Below are positions 20,636 to 30,030 of a DNA stretch of 64,000 nt, piece after piece. This DNA is from an uncultured Caldithrix sp. (GTDB lineage: Bacteria; Calditrichota; Calditrichia; Calditrichales; Calditrichaceae). Position 1 is the stretch's first letter. Every line of letters begins with the position of its first letter. The notes under the pieces are model-generated. The model made no database searches. It was not told where the DNA came from and saw nothing but the letters and a program-made list of their open reading frames with translations. The translations under genes and the position numbers were made by a program. The DNA lies in assembly GCA_964598255.1 (NCBI GenBank), contig CAZRBA010000096.1:2676-66675 (forward strand), written 5' to 3'.

Positions 20636-21387
20636 TTTTCTACCTCCGTTTTCATCTTATTTGTTTTTGTTTTTAGATCAAAATAGATACTTAACCCGAG
20701 AAAGATATTTTCCGCCGAAAGGTTAAATTTTTCGGAAGTATAAATTATTGCATCTTTTGTCGTTGAACCAGTTTTAGTAAAACGGCTCTTTTCGTATTTT
20801 ACCGTGATTTTATATTCCAAATTCAAACTAAAATTTCGGCAACAAAGCCATTCCGCTCCGGTAACCAAACCCATACCGAAGATGGTTTTTGTCAGTTCGT
20901 ATTTTAAAGAACCGCTTTTACGGGAATTGCCGGAAGCGTATAATTCGGGGCCTGCACCGATATACCATTTAATACGTTTTTGCGGCCGAGGAAAATACAG
21001 ATATTGCACAAAAAGGCCGTTTATTAAATTGGCAAAATCGGTTTTTATATTTGCGGTATCCGAGCCAGAAGGGTTTTCGGCGAATTTTTGATATGTACTC
21101 TTGCCTTTGAAATCGCCTATGGATACTCCCAACCGTAGTTGTGCGTTGTTCGTTAAACGGATTTTTCCAGAAAACGAACTGTTGGTAAGGGGATAAAAAC
21201 TCATACCGCGTTCGTTCTTTACCATCTGAAACTGAAATGCATATCGGGGAAACCGGAATGACGGGAAAGCGGGTTGTGCTATGGCATTTACGGTAAAACT
21301 GAAAAAAATAAAAAACAGGCCGGTCCGGGCCAGAGAGAGTTTTTTAAACATAATGGCCCGGCTAAACACAAACAACGAAATTTTCAT
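20632..21387 (-). CDS. Outer-membrane beta-barrel protein, paralog of the downstream gene
   Basis: Shared motifs RYAFQF/RYALQF, LRLGVS/LRIGIS, IKWYIGAGP/IKLYLGFGP, GAEW/GVEW and FLGLSIYF/YLGLSLYL. Confidence 0.7.
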   Translation of the reverse strand: MKISLFVFSRAIMFKKLSLARTGLFFIFFSFTVNAIAQPAFPSFRFPRYAFQFQMVKNERGMSFYPLTNSSFSGKIRLTNNAQLRLGVSIGDFKGKSTYQKFAENPSGSDTANIKTDFANLINGLFVQYLYFPRPQKRIKWYIGAGPELYASGNSRKSGSLKYELTKTIFGMGLVTGAEWLCCRNFSLNLEYKITVKYEKSRFTKTGSTTKDAIIYTSEKFNLSAENIFLGLSIYFDLKTKTNKMKTEVEK

Positions 21388-21524
21388 CGGTTAATTCCTT
21401 GTTTATGATATTGGGGGAAGTTGCTTTTCAAGAATAATATAAAACAAAAAATATTAAAAAAAAATAAGTGGGGAATTTTTTGAGGAAGCCCACACCGGTG
21501 TTTTTTTGTGCGGGTTAAAGCCGA

Positions 21525-22361
21525 TTAGTAATCGTCTTTGGAAGACGAAGTGCCATTGCTTACAATAGCTACACTGGCGCTGGCGCCGATTCTTGTAGCC
21601 CCCGCTTCTACCATTTTACAGGCTTCTTCGTAAGTGCGTACGCCTCCGCTGGCTTTAACACCCAGCTTGGAACCGACAACTTTGCGCATGAGCGCTACGT
21701 CTTTTACCGTTGCCCCGCCTTTGCTAAATCCCGTAGATGTTTTAACAAAATTGGCACCGGCATGCATGGCAATGGTACAGGCGGCCACTTTTTCTTCGTC
21801 GCTAAGCAAGCAGGTTTCGAGAATCACTTTAACAACATGTCGTCTGGCAGCACGGACCACCGAACGGATGTCGTGTTCTACCAAGGCATAATCGCCCGAT
21901 TTTAAGGCGCCTATATTAAGGACCATGTCAATTTCGTCGGCTCCGTTTTCAATGGCCAGTTCGGTTTCTTTGGCCTTTACCTGCGGAAAGGTGGCTCCTA
22001 AAGGGAAGCCGATTACGGTAACCACCTTGGGCGAATGTCCGCGTAATTTTCGGTAAGCCAGCGGCACCCAGGTAGGATTAATACACACGGAAGCAAAATT
22101 GTATTGAATGGCTTCGTCGCAAATTTTCTCGATTTGCTCTTTGGTGGCATCCGGTTTTAACAGGGTATGATCGATCCATTTGGCCAGTTCGTATTTGGGC
22201 GGGCAGGTGGGCCCTTCGGCTCCGACACGATCGGCACCGAACGAAATCAATTCGTTGGCCGCGTCATAAGAAAAAGGACGGATTTCACCTCTGCCGTTTT
22301 GCGTTTCTTTAATAACTTGCGTGATAATTTTTTCGATAACATCGGGCGTGATGGTTGCCAT
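21525..22361 (-). CDS. deoC: Deoxyribose-phosphate aldolase with ~57-aa N-terminal extension
   Basis: [29 protein letters not shown] and VKASGG motifs. Confidence 0.96.
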   Translation of the reverse strand: MATITPDVIEKIITQVIKETQNGRGEIRPFSYDAANELISFGADRVGAEGPTCPPKYELAKWIDHTLLKPDATKEQIEKICDEAIQYNFASVCINPTWVPLAYRKLRGHSPKVVTVIGFPLGATFPQVKAKETELAIENGADEIDMVLNIGALKSGDYALVEHDIRSVVRAARRHVVKVILETCLLSDEEKVAACTIAMHAGANFVKTSTGFSKGGATVKDVALMRKVVGSKLGVKASGGVRTYEEACKMVEAGATRIGASASVAIVSNGTSSSKDDY

Positions 22362-22496
22362 GCGATCATTTCTCCCGCAATTTAATGGATGTTGTTTTGT
22401 GCTTTTGGCTGTTTTTTTGCAAATTGCTTAAAAACAAATGCCGCATTTTATGGCATTGCGCTCAAGTTGCCAATTGCATTTGCGCAGCCCAGTCGA

Positions 22497-23846
22497 TTAT
22501 GCCTTTTGAATTTCTTTGATAAAACGATCGGCCAGATCTTCGGCCTCGTTTAACGTCGGAGCCTCGGCAATTACACGCATAATGGGTTCGGTATTAGATT
22601 TGCGTAAGTGCACCCAACTGTGTTCAAAATCGATCTTCAGGCCGTCTAACGTATTGATATCGTATTCTTTGTATTTTTTTTGTAATAATTGTAAAATGTG
22701 ATCCGGATCGAGCTCGGCAATGTCTACTTTCTTTTTGACCATTTCATACTGAGGCAGCGAGGCCTTTAGCTCTTTCATCGTGCCGCCGTGTTCCAGTAAG
22801 GCTTGCAAAGTAAGTGCAATGGCCACCGGTGCATCACGTCCGACATGTACTTCCGGTAAAATAACGCCGCCGTTTCCTTCGCCCCCGAGAATGGCCTCGA
22901 TTTCCTTCATCTTTTCGGCCACATTTATTTCACCAACTTTACTGCGTACTACCATACAGTTGTAATATTTGGCAATATCTTCCGATGCTCGGGAAGTGGA
23001 CATATTAATGACCATGCGTCCCAGTGTTTTGGAAAAGATCAGTTTGGCCGCAATAACAAGGGTGTATTCTTCGCCGATGGGAGTGCCTTCATTATCCACA
23101 ATGGCGCAGCGGTCCACATCGGGATCGACGGCAAAGCCTACATCGGCCTCTACTTGACGTACGGTTTCGCCGAGTTGTGTTAAATTTTCGGGTAAAGGTT
23201 CGGGAGTGTGTGCAAAGCGTCCGTTCGGTTCCCGATTAATAACCGTGACCTCGCATCCGAGTTTTTGTAACAATTCCGGAATGATAACTCCGCCGGCGCC
23301 GTTAACTGTATCTACCGCCACTTTAAAATGGCGCTTACGAATGGCATCCACATTTAAATACGAAATATCGAGTATTTTTTCGATATGGCGACGGGTTGCG
23401 TTTTTATCAAACGTTACTTTGCCCAATTGGTCCCATGATTTTAGCTCGGCCTCTTTGCGATCGGCCATGGCATAAACTTGTGCGGCCGCTTGCGGAGGTA
23501 AAAATCGTCCGTCGGGCGCCATAAACTTTAAGCCGTTCCATTGAACGGGATTATGGCTTGCCGTAATGGCAATACCACCGGCCGCCCGATGGTGTACAAT
23601 TTCCAGCTCTACGGTCGGTGTGGTTACGATGCCGATGTCAATAACTTCGCAACCGCTGGCGACCAAACAGCCCTTTACGATGTCGTTAATCAAGGGGCCG
23701 GAAACGCGGGAATCGCGTCCTACTACTACTTTGCCTCCGTTGATGTATTTGGCAAAAGCCAGGGTGTATTTTTGAATAACTTGCGGTGTAAGCGTCGTAC
23801 CAATTTCTCCGCGCAAACCCGAAATAGAGACCATTAAACGAGACAC
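22497..23846 (-). CDS. glmM: Phosphoglucosamine mutase / alpha-D-phosphohexomutase
   Basis: GTG start after AGGAGG; TASHNP, DPDVDR, GGEGNG and RKSNTEP. Sugar specificity cannot be proven from sequence. Confidence 0.75.
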   Translation of the reverse strand: MSRLMVSISGLRGEIGTTLTPQVIQKYTLAFAKYINGGKVVVGRDSRVSGPLINDIVKGCLVASGCEVIDIGIVTTPTVELEIVHHRAAGGIAITASHNPVQWNGLKFMAPDGRFLPPQAAAQVYAMADRKEAELKSWDQLGKVTFDKNATRRHIEKILDISYLNVDAIRKRHFKVAVDTVNGAGGVIIPELLQKLGCEVTVINREPNGRFAHTPEPLPENLTQLGETVRQVEADVGFAVDPDVDRCAIVDNEGTPIGEEYTLVIAAKLIFSKTLGRMVINMSTSRASEDIAKYYNCMVVRSKVGEINVAEKMKEIEAILGGEGNGGVILPEVHVGRDAPVAIALTLQALLEHGGTMKELKASLPQYEMVKKKVDIAELDPDHILQLLQKKYKEYDINTLDGLKIDFEHSWVHLRKSNTEPIMRVIAEAPTLNEAEDLADRFIKEIQKA

Positions 23847-24122
23847 ATTACCTCCTTAAAAATTGCATCGGTTGTAATGTCCCAATTTAGTATTCGGGAC
23901 ATTTAAAAACAAGCAAAAACGCTTCCGATAAACAAGTAGCAAAAGTAAAATTGTCTGCATTCGGCCGTGTTAGGCTGCTTTTTTTTAAAAAATCCACAAA
24001 CAAAATCGATTTGCCAAGAGTACCTTTGCGCGCATTTTAGCTTTGTAGTTATCGGGTTATTTGCAAACATCTGCCATACCGATTATATTGTTCGTAAAGA
24101 ACCTTTTTCGGAGGTTACCATT

Positions 24123-25025
24123 ATGAAACGTAGGCAATTTATCCGTTCCGTTTCGGCCGGGGCGCTGGGGATTGGATTTTTACCGTTACTTAAGCATCCG
24201 TTATTTGCAGCACAATTGCCGCGACCGCAGGCTGTTTGGGTGGAAAACGGAGAACCGGAAGAACTATTGAGCCGTGCTCTTAAAGAATACGGTGGGCTGC
24301 AACGCTTTATTAAAAAAGGTGATGAGGTTGTGGTCAAGCCCAATATCGGTTGGGATCGTCCGCCGGAATTGGCAGCCACCACCAACCCGCAATTGGTGGG
24401 CGCCATCGTTAGGGCTTGTTTTAAAGCCGGAGCCAAAAAGGTAAAAGTGTTCGACCGAACTTGCAACAATCCGCGTCGTTGCTATCGTTCCAGCCAAATT
24501 GAGGAATATGCAAAAAGAGCTGGCGCCAAAGTGGAACAAATTCGCCGAAATCGCTTCAAACCGTTAAAAATAAACGGCCGCGTAATCGATCAATGGCCTA
24601 TTTATTCTGAATATCTGACCGCTGATAAAGTGATTAATGTGCCCATTGCCAAGCATCATTCGTTAGCGCGCGTAACATTGGGGTTAAAGAATTTGATGGG
24701 TGTAATGGGCGATAATCGTGGCCTGATTCACAATAATTTCGAAGAAAAGTTGACGGATATCGATGGCAAAATTTTGCCAACATTAACCATTATCGATGCC
24801 TACCGCATTTTAACGGCCAATGGACCGGTGGGCGGGAACCCCAAAGATGTAAAACTGACCAAAACACTGATTTTAAGCGATTGCACCGTTTCTGCCGATT
24901 ACCTTGCTTTATCGTTGTTCGGTTTGACTTTGGATGATGTCCCTCATATTAAGCGTGCGTACGAAAAAGGACTGGCCAAGTACAATCGTAAAAATCTTAT
25001 CGTGCGCAAAATTCGGCTCGGGTAG
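24123..25025 (+). CDS. DUF362 domain protein with Tat signal peptide
   Basis: GGAGG RBS; MKRRQFI twin-arginine motif; VVVKPNIGW, TNPQLV and AKHH...TLGLKNLMG. Confidence 0.88.
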   Translation: MKRRQFIRSVSAGALGIGFLPLLKHPLFAAQLPRPQAVWVENGEPEELLSRALKEYGGLQRFIKKGDEVVVKPNIGWDRPPELAATTNPQLVGAIVRACFKAGAKKVKVFDRTCNNPRRCYRSSQIEEYAKRAGAKVEQIRRNRFKPLKINGRVIDQWPIYSEYLTADKVINVPIAKHHSLARVTLGLKNLMGVMGDNRGLIHNNFEEKLTDIDGKILPTLTIIDAYRILTANGPVGGNPKDVKLTKTLILSDCTVSADYLALSLFGLTLDDVPHIKRAYEKGLAKYNRKNLIVRKIRLG

Positions 25026-25097
25026 GCAAAAAAGATAGCCCAAGCTGTTTATCAAGTAACCGATAACCAAATACCAAGGCCAACGCGGAGTTAAACT

Positions 25098-26651
25098 TTG
25101 AAGTTAAGCAATTGGCGCCGAACCAGCCAAATCGTCTTTTTGCTGATTTTCATTTTACTCTTCTTGTTAACGCGTTATCCGTATTCACACGGCATCGTTA
25201 CCGAAATTGGGCTGCGTTTTAGTCCTTTGGCACCGCTGTTTTTATTTGTCAAAGATGTGCATCTTCATTGGATTTTATGGCCGGGAATCCTAATTTTGCT
25301 AATTACCCCGTTTTTAGGACGTGTTTTTTGCGGGTGGATGTGCCCCCTGGGAACGTTGCTCGATTTGACAAGCAAACTCATCAAATCGCCGAACAACCGC
25401 AAAACACGATCCTTCGAAAAATGGCGCTCCGCAAAATTCGCTTTATTGGTCGGTTTGCTGATTACGGCCTTTTTTTCCGTGCATTTATGGGGCTATTTTG
25501 ATCCGCTTTCTATTTTTAACCGGGCGCTTACCATTGTTTTTTATCCCGTATTTACCTATCTCACAGAAAACACCTTGTTAGCCGTTAGCAATATTTCTTT
25601 TTTGGGTGACATTCCTTACGCTCTTTACGATCAGTACAAAAACATCGTTATGCCCGAGGCGCAGGCACACTACCAGCAACTGTTCTGGATTGCTCTTTTT
25701 ATCGGATTGATTTTGGCAGCCGAAAAACTGAGTCGGCGGTTTTGGTGCCGCTATTTGTGCCCAGCCGGTGCGTTACTGGGTTTTTTGTCACAATTTCGAT
25801 TTTTAGAGCGGGTGGTACGGCCAACTTGTCCGGCTTGCGGCCTGTGCCACACCGATTGCAAAATGGGAGCCATTCCGGCGGACGATTTTTCCCGTAACAG
25901 CAAGGTGGAATGTATTCAATGCTTTGCTTGCGCCGATTCCTGTCCGGAAAAATACAAATCCGTTTCCTACCAATGGCAATGGACACCCTATCATACGCGG
26001 GTCGATTATTCGCGGCGCCAATTTTTGGGCACAACGGTAGCCAGCCTTACGGCACTGAGCTTAATCGGTTTGCATTTACCGGATAAAACGCATAAAGATC
26101 AACAAATTCGTCCGCCCGGTTCCTTGGCAGAAGACGATTTTCGTGACAGATGCATTCGCTGCATGGAATGTGTGCGCGTGTGTGCCTCGAACGGGGCGTG
26201 TTTACAGCCCTCGGGCATTCAAAGCGCAATTGACGATTTGTGGTTGCCAGTGGCGGAAATGCGGGTTGGTTACTGCGAATATGAATGCAATTTGTGCGGG
26301 CAGGTGTGTCCCACGGAAGCCATTTTACCTTTGCCTTTAAAGGTAAAGCAAAAAACACCGATGGGTTTGGCTCACTTTGACAAAAACCTGTGCATTCCCT
26401 ATGCGCGCAACGAAGAATGTCTGGTTTGCGAAGAACATTGCCCCACTCCGGACAAAGCAATTAAATTTGACGTGCGTGTCTATCAGGATCCCAATACAGG
26501 CAAAACAAGAAAGGTTAAATATCCTTACGTAGTGAAAGAACTTTGCATCGGTTGTGGCATTTGCGTAACTAAATGTCCGCTGGAAGGCAGGGCTGGTATA
26601 TTTGTTACTGCGGAGCAACAAAGAAGGCCAAAACTAACGAATTCCTTTTGA
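25098..26651 (+). CDS. Membrane polyferredoxin, NapH/MauN-like fused to NapG/MauM-like 4Fe-4S domains
   Basis: GRVFCGWMCP, RRFWCRYLCP, several CxxCxxCxxxC motifs, internal SRRQFLG and IRPPG. Confidence 0.88.
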   Translation: MKLSNWRRTSQIVFLLIFILLFLLTRYPYSHGIVTEIGLRFSPLAPLFLFVKDVHLHWILWPGILILLITPFLGRVFCGWMCPLGTLLDLTSKLIKSPNNRKTRSFEKWRSAKFALLVGLLITAFFSVHLWGYFDPLSIFNRALTIVFYPVFTYLTENTLLAVSNISFLGDIPYALYDQYKNIVMPEAQAHYQQLFWIALFIGLILAAEKLSRRFWCRYLCPAGALLGFLSQFRFLERVVRPTCPACGLCHTDCKMGAIPADDFSRNSKVECIQCFACADSCPEKYKSVSYQWQWTPYHTRVDYSRRQFLGTTVASLTALSLIGLHLPDKTHKDQQIRPPGSLAEDDFRDRCIRCMECVRVCASNGACLQPSGIQSAIDDLWLPVAEMRVGYCEYECNLCGQVCPTEAILPLPLKVKQKTPMGLAHFDKNLCIPYARNEECLVCEEHCPTPDKAIKFDVRVYQDPNTGKTRKVKYPYVVKELCIGCGICVTKCPLEGRAGIFVTAEQQRRPKLTNSF

Positions 26652-26711
26652 TCTTTTGTCGTTCTTCCCTTATTTTAACCGATTCGGTAAATATAATGCG
26701 AGATTTTAAAT

Positions 26712-27512
26712 ATGCAGGAAGTTTTTCAACATATTCAGGAAGCGCTTAAAAATAATGAGACGGGTGTGGTTCTAACCGTTATTGCCATCGAGGGCTCGTC
26801 GCCAGGTCGCCTTGGGGACAAAATGCTCGTTCTGGCCGACGGGGCAACGTTCGGTACCATTGGCGGTGGGCGCGCGGAATATGAGGCCGTTAAGGAAGTA
26901 CAGAAAAACTGGCACCGCCGAGCTCTTTGGCGTAAATATTATGATTTGGATGAAAAAGGAGGCATGTTGTGCGGAGGCAAAATGGAAGTATTGTTCGAAC
27001 CGATCGGAACTCGAGATCGACTGATTATTTTTGGTGCGGGTCATGTGGGCAAAGTACTGGCCAAATTGGCACCGGATTGCGGCTTTTGGACGATTGTTGT
27101 TGATCCGCGTGAGGAGTTTGCCACGCGGGAGAATCTTCCAAAGGCCAACCAAATTTTGTGCAAGCCGTATGGACAGGCTCTAAAGGAATTAACATTTGAT
27201 GCCAATACCTTTGTAGTGGTTGTAACCAATTCACACGCCTATGACGAATTGGTGCTCAAACATTGCGCACCCTTAAAGTCGGCCTATTTGGGTGCCATTG
27301 GCAGCGATACAAAAACAAAAAAAATTCTCGGAGATCTCAAAAAAGAAGGTATATCGCCGCAGGTAATCGAAGGCATTCACATGCCGATTGGGTTAAACAT
27401 CGGTGCGCAAACGCCGGAAGAGATAGGCATTAGCATAATGGCCGAGCTAATCGCCGTTAAATACGACGCCAATGTACAAGCGGCAAGTATGAAAGCATTA
27501 CGTTCTCTTTAA
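26712..27512 (+). CDS. XdhC/CoxI family molybdoenzyme accessory protein
   Basis: GSSPGRLG, GTIGGG, MLCGG, FGAGHV, YLGAIGS and TPEEIGISI. Confidence 0.92.
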   Translation: MQEVFQHIQEALKNNETGVVLTVIAIEGSSPGRLGDKMLVLADGATFGTIGGGRAEYEAVKEVQKNWHRRALWRKYYDLDEKGGMLCGGKMEVLFEPIGTRDRLIIFGAGHVGKVLAKLAPDCGFWTIVVDPREEFATRENLPKANQILCKPYGQALKELTFDANTFVVVVTNSHAYDELVLKHCAPLKSAYLGAIGSDTKTKKILGDLKKEGISPQVIEGIHMPIGLNIGAQTPEEIGISIMAELIAVKYDANVQAASMKALRSL

Positions 27513-27550
27513 AAATCATTCAAACTACGGTTTTGCAAAAGCGCAATCAA

Positions 27551-27582
27551 AAAAAGCCGCCCAATTTGCGAGGCGGCTTTTT
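27551..27582. terminator. Bidirectional intrinsic terminator
   Basis: AAAAAGCCGCC-N10-GGCGGCTTTTT between convergent genes. Confidence 0.85.
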
Positions 27583-27601
27583 GTTTGTTGATGAAACGGT
27601 T

Positions 27602-29752
27602 TTATTTGAGCAAAAGCATGCGGCGCACAATTGTTTTTTGAGACGTTTGAATTTTGTAGAAATACATTCCGGAAGCGAAACCGTTGGCATTCCATTCCAA
27701 ACGATGAATTCCGGCGCCCATCGTACCGTCGGCCAACGTGCTTACTTTTTGTCCGGCCAAATTGTACACGGTTACCGTAACATGCTCTGTTTTGGGTAAT
27801 CCGAATTCCAAAGTGGTACTGGGATTAAAAGGATTCGGGTAATTTTGTTTTACGTAAAAGGTTTTGGGGATCGCTTCTTTATTTTCGATTCCCGTTGCCA
27901 CGTACTGAAATTCAACGCTATACTCGGAGCTGTCATTGCTTACGTCAACTTCTATTTGCTGCGGATCGGCTACGTACTCCGGCCCGAAATCGGGTGGGTT
28001 TATTATCCATTTTCCGTCGCACACGCGAAAATGGAAGGCGGTATCGGGCGCCATCATGGTTTCGGTTTGGTAGACATAAGGGAAATTACCGATAGTCGAA
28101 ATATTCAGATAACAGGAATCTTGTGAATTAACGGGAGCATTTATTAATTTTACCGACAGATTCGCATGCCGGTAGTTTAAAGTAAAATCAAGATTATCAA
28201 TCGTATCCCCCTTGGCTATTACAAACTTATATTCCACGGGATTGGCCAAATAGTCGCCCTGCCAGCAAGTGGCGCGAACGGAAAAGGTATCGTTGGGGAC
28301 GCTAAAGGCAAAGTCGAGGGAATCGGGATTAATGTATCCTTGAATATACGTGCTCCAGTCTTCGGTGTACGCTTCGATAATGCAATTTTGCAAATCGCTG
28401 GTCGGATCGCCCGGGGCAAAACGAATATGCCCTTTGAATAAATTCGCAGCATGTCCAACGAAAAATTTTACCGTATCGCCGGGCATGGCCTGTTGCCAGC
28501 TTCCGGGATTAAGGTAATAGCCCGGAGGTAAAATCAAATTGCCGTCCTCGGTATTAGAAAGGCCGACGTTGTAAATATCGCCGCTGCGTACATGTAATTT
28601 GGTGACCGGATTTCCGTTTAGCATAGCATACGTTTGGCCGTATTTACTGTTGGCTTGCGCTTCGAAACTTCCGCTTAAAGGTTGGTTATCTTGAAGCGCA
28701 ATTACGTAAATAACCGTATCCGTGGCATATACGCGAATATTTTTTTCGATACTATCACCAAGGCTTAGTTGGAAATTATAATTTTCATTTTCCCAGGTGT
28801 TGGGAATAAGATATTCGGGGATAAGTTGATCCGACCAAAAATCCATATGAAACGGAACATTTAACGTATCGCCCGGCGCAAAGGGAGCACCTACTTTGTA
28901 TTGGCCGTCGAGGGGATTAAAATCGACACTTTGTTGCGTGTTCAGGTTTTCGAGGCTGCCCCAGCCGGAGACGGGGACCAAATTGCCGTTTTCATCGAGA
29001 ATGGACCCGTAAACCCAGGCACGGGGATTGTTTAAAGTAAAATTAAAAGGTCCGTTGGAACCGTTTTGAATAAGGACATCATGATAGGAATCTTGTTCGG
29101 GTACATATTCGGAGATCTGATTTTCAAAACTGAAGCTGATTCTGTAATTCATTCCGGCAGCGGAATCGGGCAGATTAATCGTGAAGTCGCCGTTTTCATC
29201 GGTCAAGCCACTCCAACCGGGCCCATCGTCGGAATCTTCTCGGTTGGCTTCAAGCATGAGATTGGCCAAACGGGCATCCGGAGGTTGAATGTCTTCGATT
29301 GTTACATGGCCGGTAATCCAAACATTAACCTGAGCGGGCGGGTTAATGTGCAAAACACCTTGGACCTGCGAATGATCATTCAAATCTTCCACGCGGAAAA
29401 TATAATCGGCCGGTGCAAATCCGAACGGGCCCAATTGCGTGTAAATAATTCCGTCCTGAACCGAGCCGGAATCGGGTGGCGGCCCGTCGTTACTTGTTTG
29501 TCCGTCGGTTTGATCGAATTCGATGAGCAGAACATCGGTGCTATCTAACGTTTGGTTTTGGTTGGTATCCAAATAAAGTTGGATATGGGCGCTGCCTCCG
29601 GGCACGGAAACATCGTATTCCCATGCATAAAAATCGCCCTGTGCCATGGTATCTGTGGCCACACCGTTAACCCAGTTTTTGAAATAGGTGGTGGCCAGTG
29701 CAAATTGGACACCGAGCGTAATAAATAAAATTATTGTAACTAAACGTTTCAT
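27602..29752 (-). CDS. Secreted acidic beta-rich protein with T9SS type-A / FlgD-Ig-like C-terminal sorting domain
   Basis: Signal peptide; C-terminus QNYPNPFNPSTT...VYNLAGQKV...ASGMYFYKI...RRMLLLK. Confidence 0.85.
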   Translation of the reverse strand: MKRLVTIILFITLGVQFALATTYFKNWVNGVATDTMAQGDFYAWEYDVSVPGGSAHIQLYLDTNQNQTLDSTDVLLIEFDQTDGQTSNDGPPPDSGSVQDGIIYTQLGPFGFAPADYIFRVEDLNDHSQVQGVLHINPPAQVNVWITGHVTIEDIQPPDARLANLMLEANREDSDDGPGWSGLTDENGDFTINLPDSAAGMNYRISFSFENQISEYVPEQDSYHDVLIQNGSNGPFNFTLNNPRAWVYGSILDENGNLVPVSGWGSLENLNTQQSVDFNPLDGQYKVGAPFAPGDTLNVPFHMDFWSDQLIPEYLIPNTWENENYNFQLSLGDSIEKNIRVYATDTVIYVIALQDNQPLSGSFEAQANSKYGQTYAMLNGNPVTKLHVRSGDIYNVGLSNTEDGNLILPPGYYLNPGSWQQAMPGDTVKFFVGHAANLFKGHIRFAPGDPTSDLQNCIIEAYTEDWSTYIQGYINPDSLDFAFSVPNDTFSVRATCWQGDYLANPVEYKFVIAKGDTIDNLDFTLNYRHANLSVKLINAPVNSQDSCYLNISTIGNFPYVYQTETMMAPDTAFHFRVCDGKWIINPPDFGPEYVADPQQIEVDVSNDSSEYSVEFQYVATGIENKEAIPKTFYVKQNYPNPFNPSTTLEFGLPKTEHVTVTVYNLAGQKVSTLADGTMGAGIHRLEWNANGFASGMYFYKIQTSQKTIVRRMLLLK

Positions 29753-29962
29753 AAGGCCTCCATTGTTTTGTTTTGTCTTGAAATTTACTTATGATATGAT
29801 CCGATTTTCATATTTTACCATATTCGGAATGCGTCAGGCAATAATGAGAAAAATAACCTAAACAGGTCGGTTTTACGTTAGCGAATAAAAAAGGGGCTTG
29901 CAGTCGAGGAATTTCGGGAATGGGGCGTTAGCCGAAGAAGCGGATTTCGGGCGCAGACAAAA

Positions 29963-29991
29963 TTGACACGCATCGGAATAAAAGGTATATT
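29963..29991 (+). promoter_or_regulatory. Sigma70-type promoter of the DtxR-family gene
   Basis: TTGACA (29963-29968), 17-bp spacer, TATATT (29986-29991). Confidence 0.75.
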
Positions 29992-29995
29992 CTGC

Positions 29996-30013
29996 TGTTA
30001 GGTTAACTTAACA
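29996..30013. promoter_or_regulatory. DtxR/MntR-type palindromic operator
   Basis: TGTTAGGTTAACTTAACA, an 18-bp near-perfect palindrome with a TTAGGTTA half-site, over the predicted transcription start. Confidence 0.7.
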
Positions 30014-30030
30014 AATGTTCTGGGGAGAAA

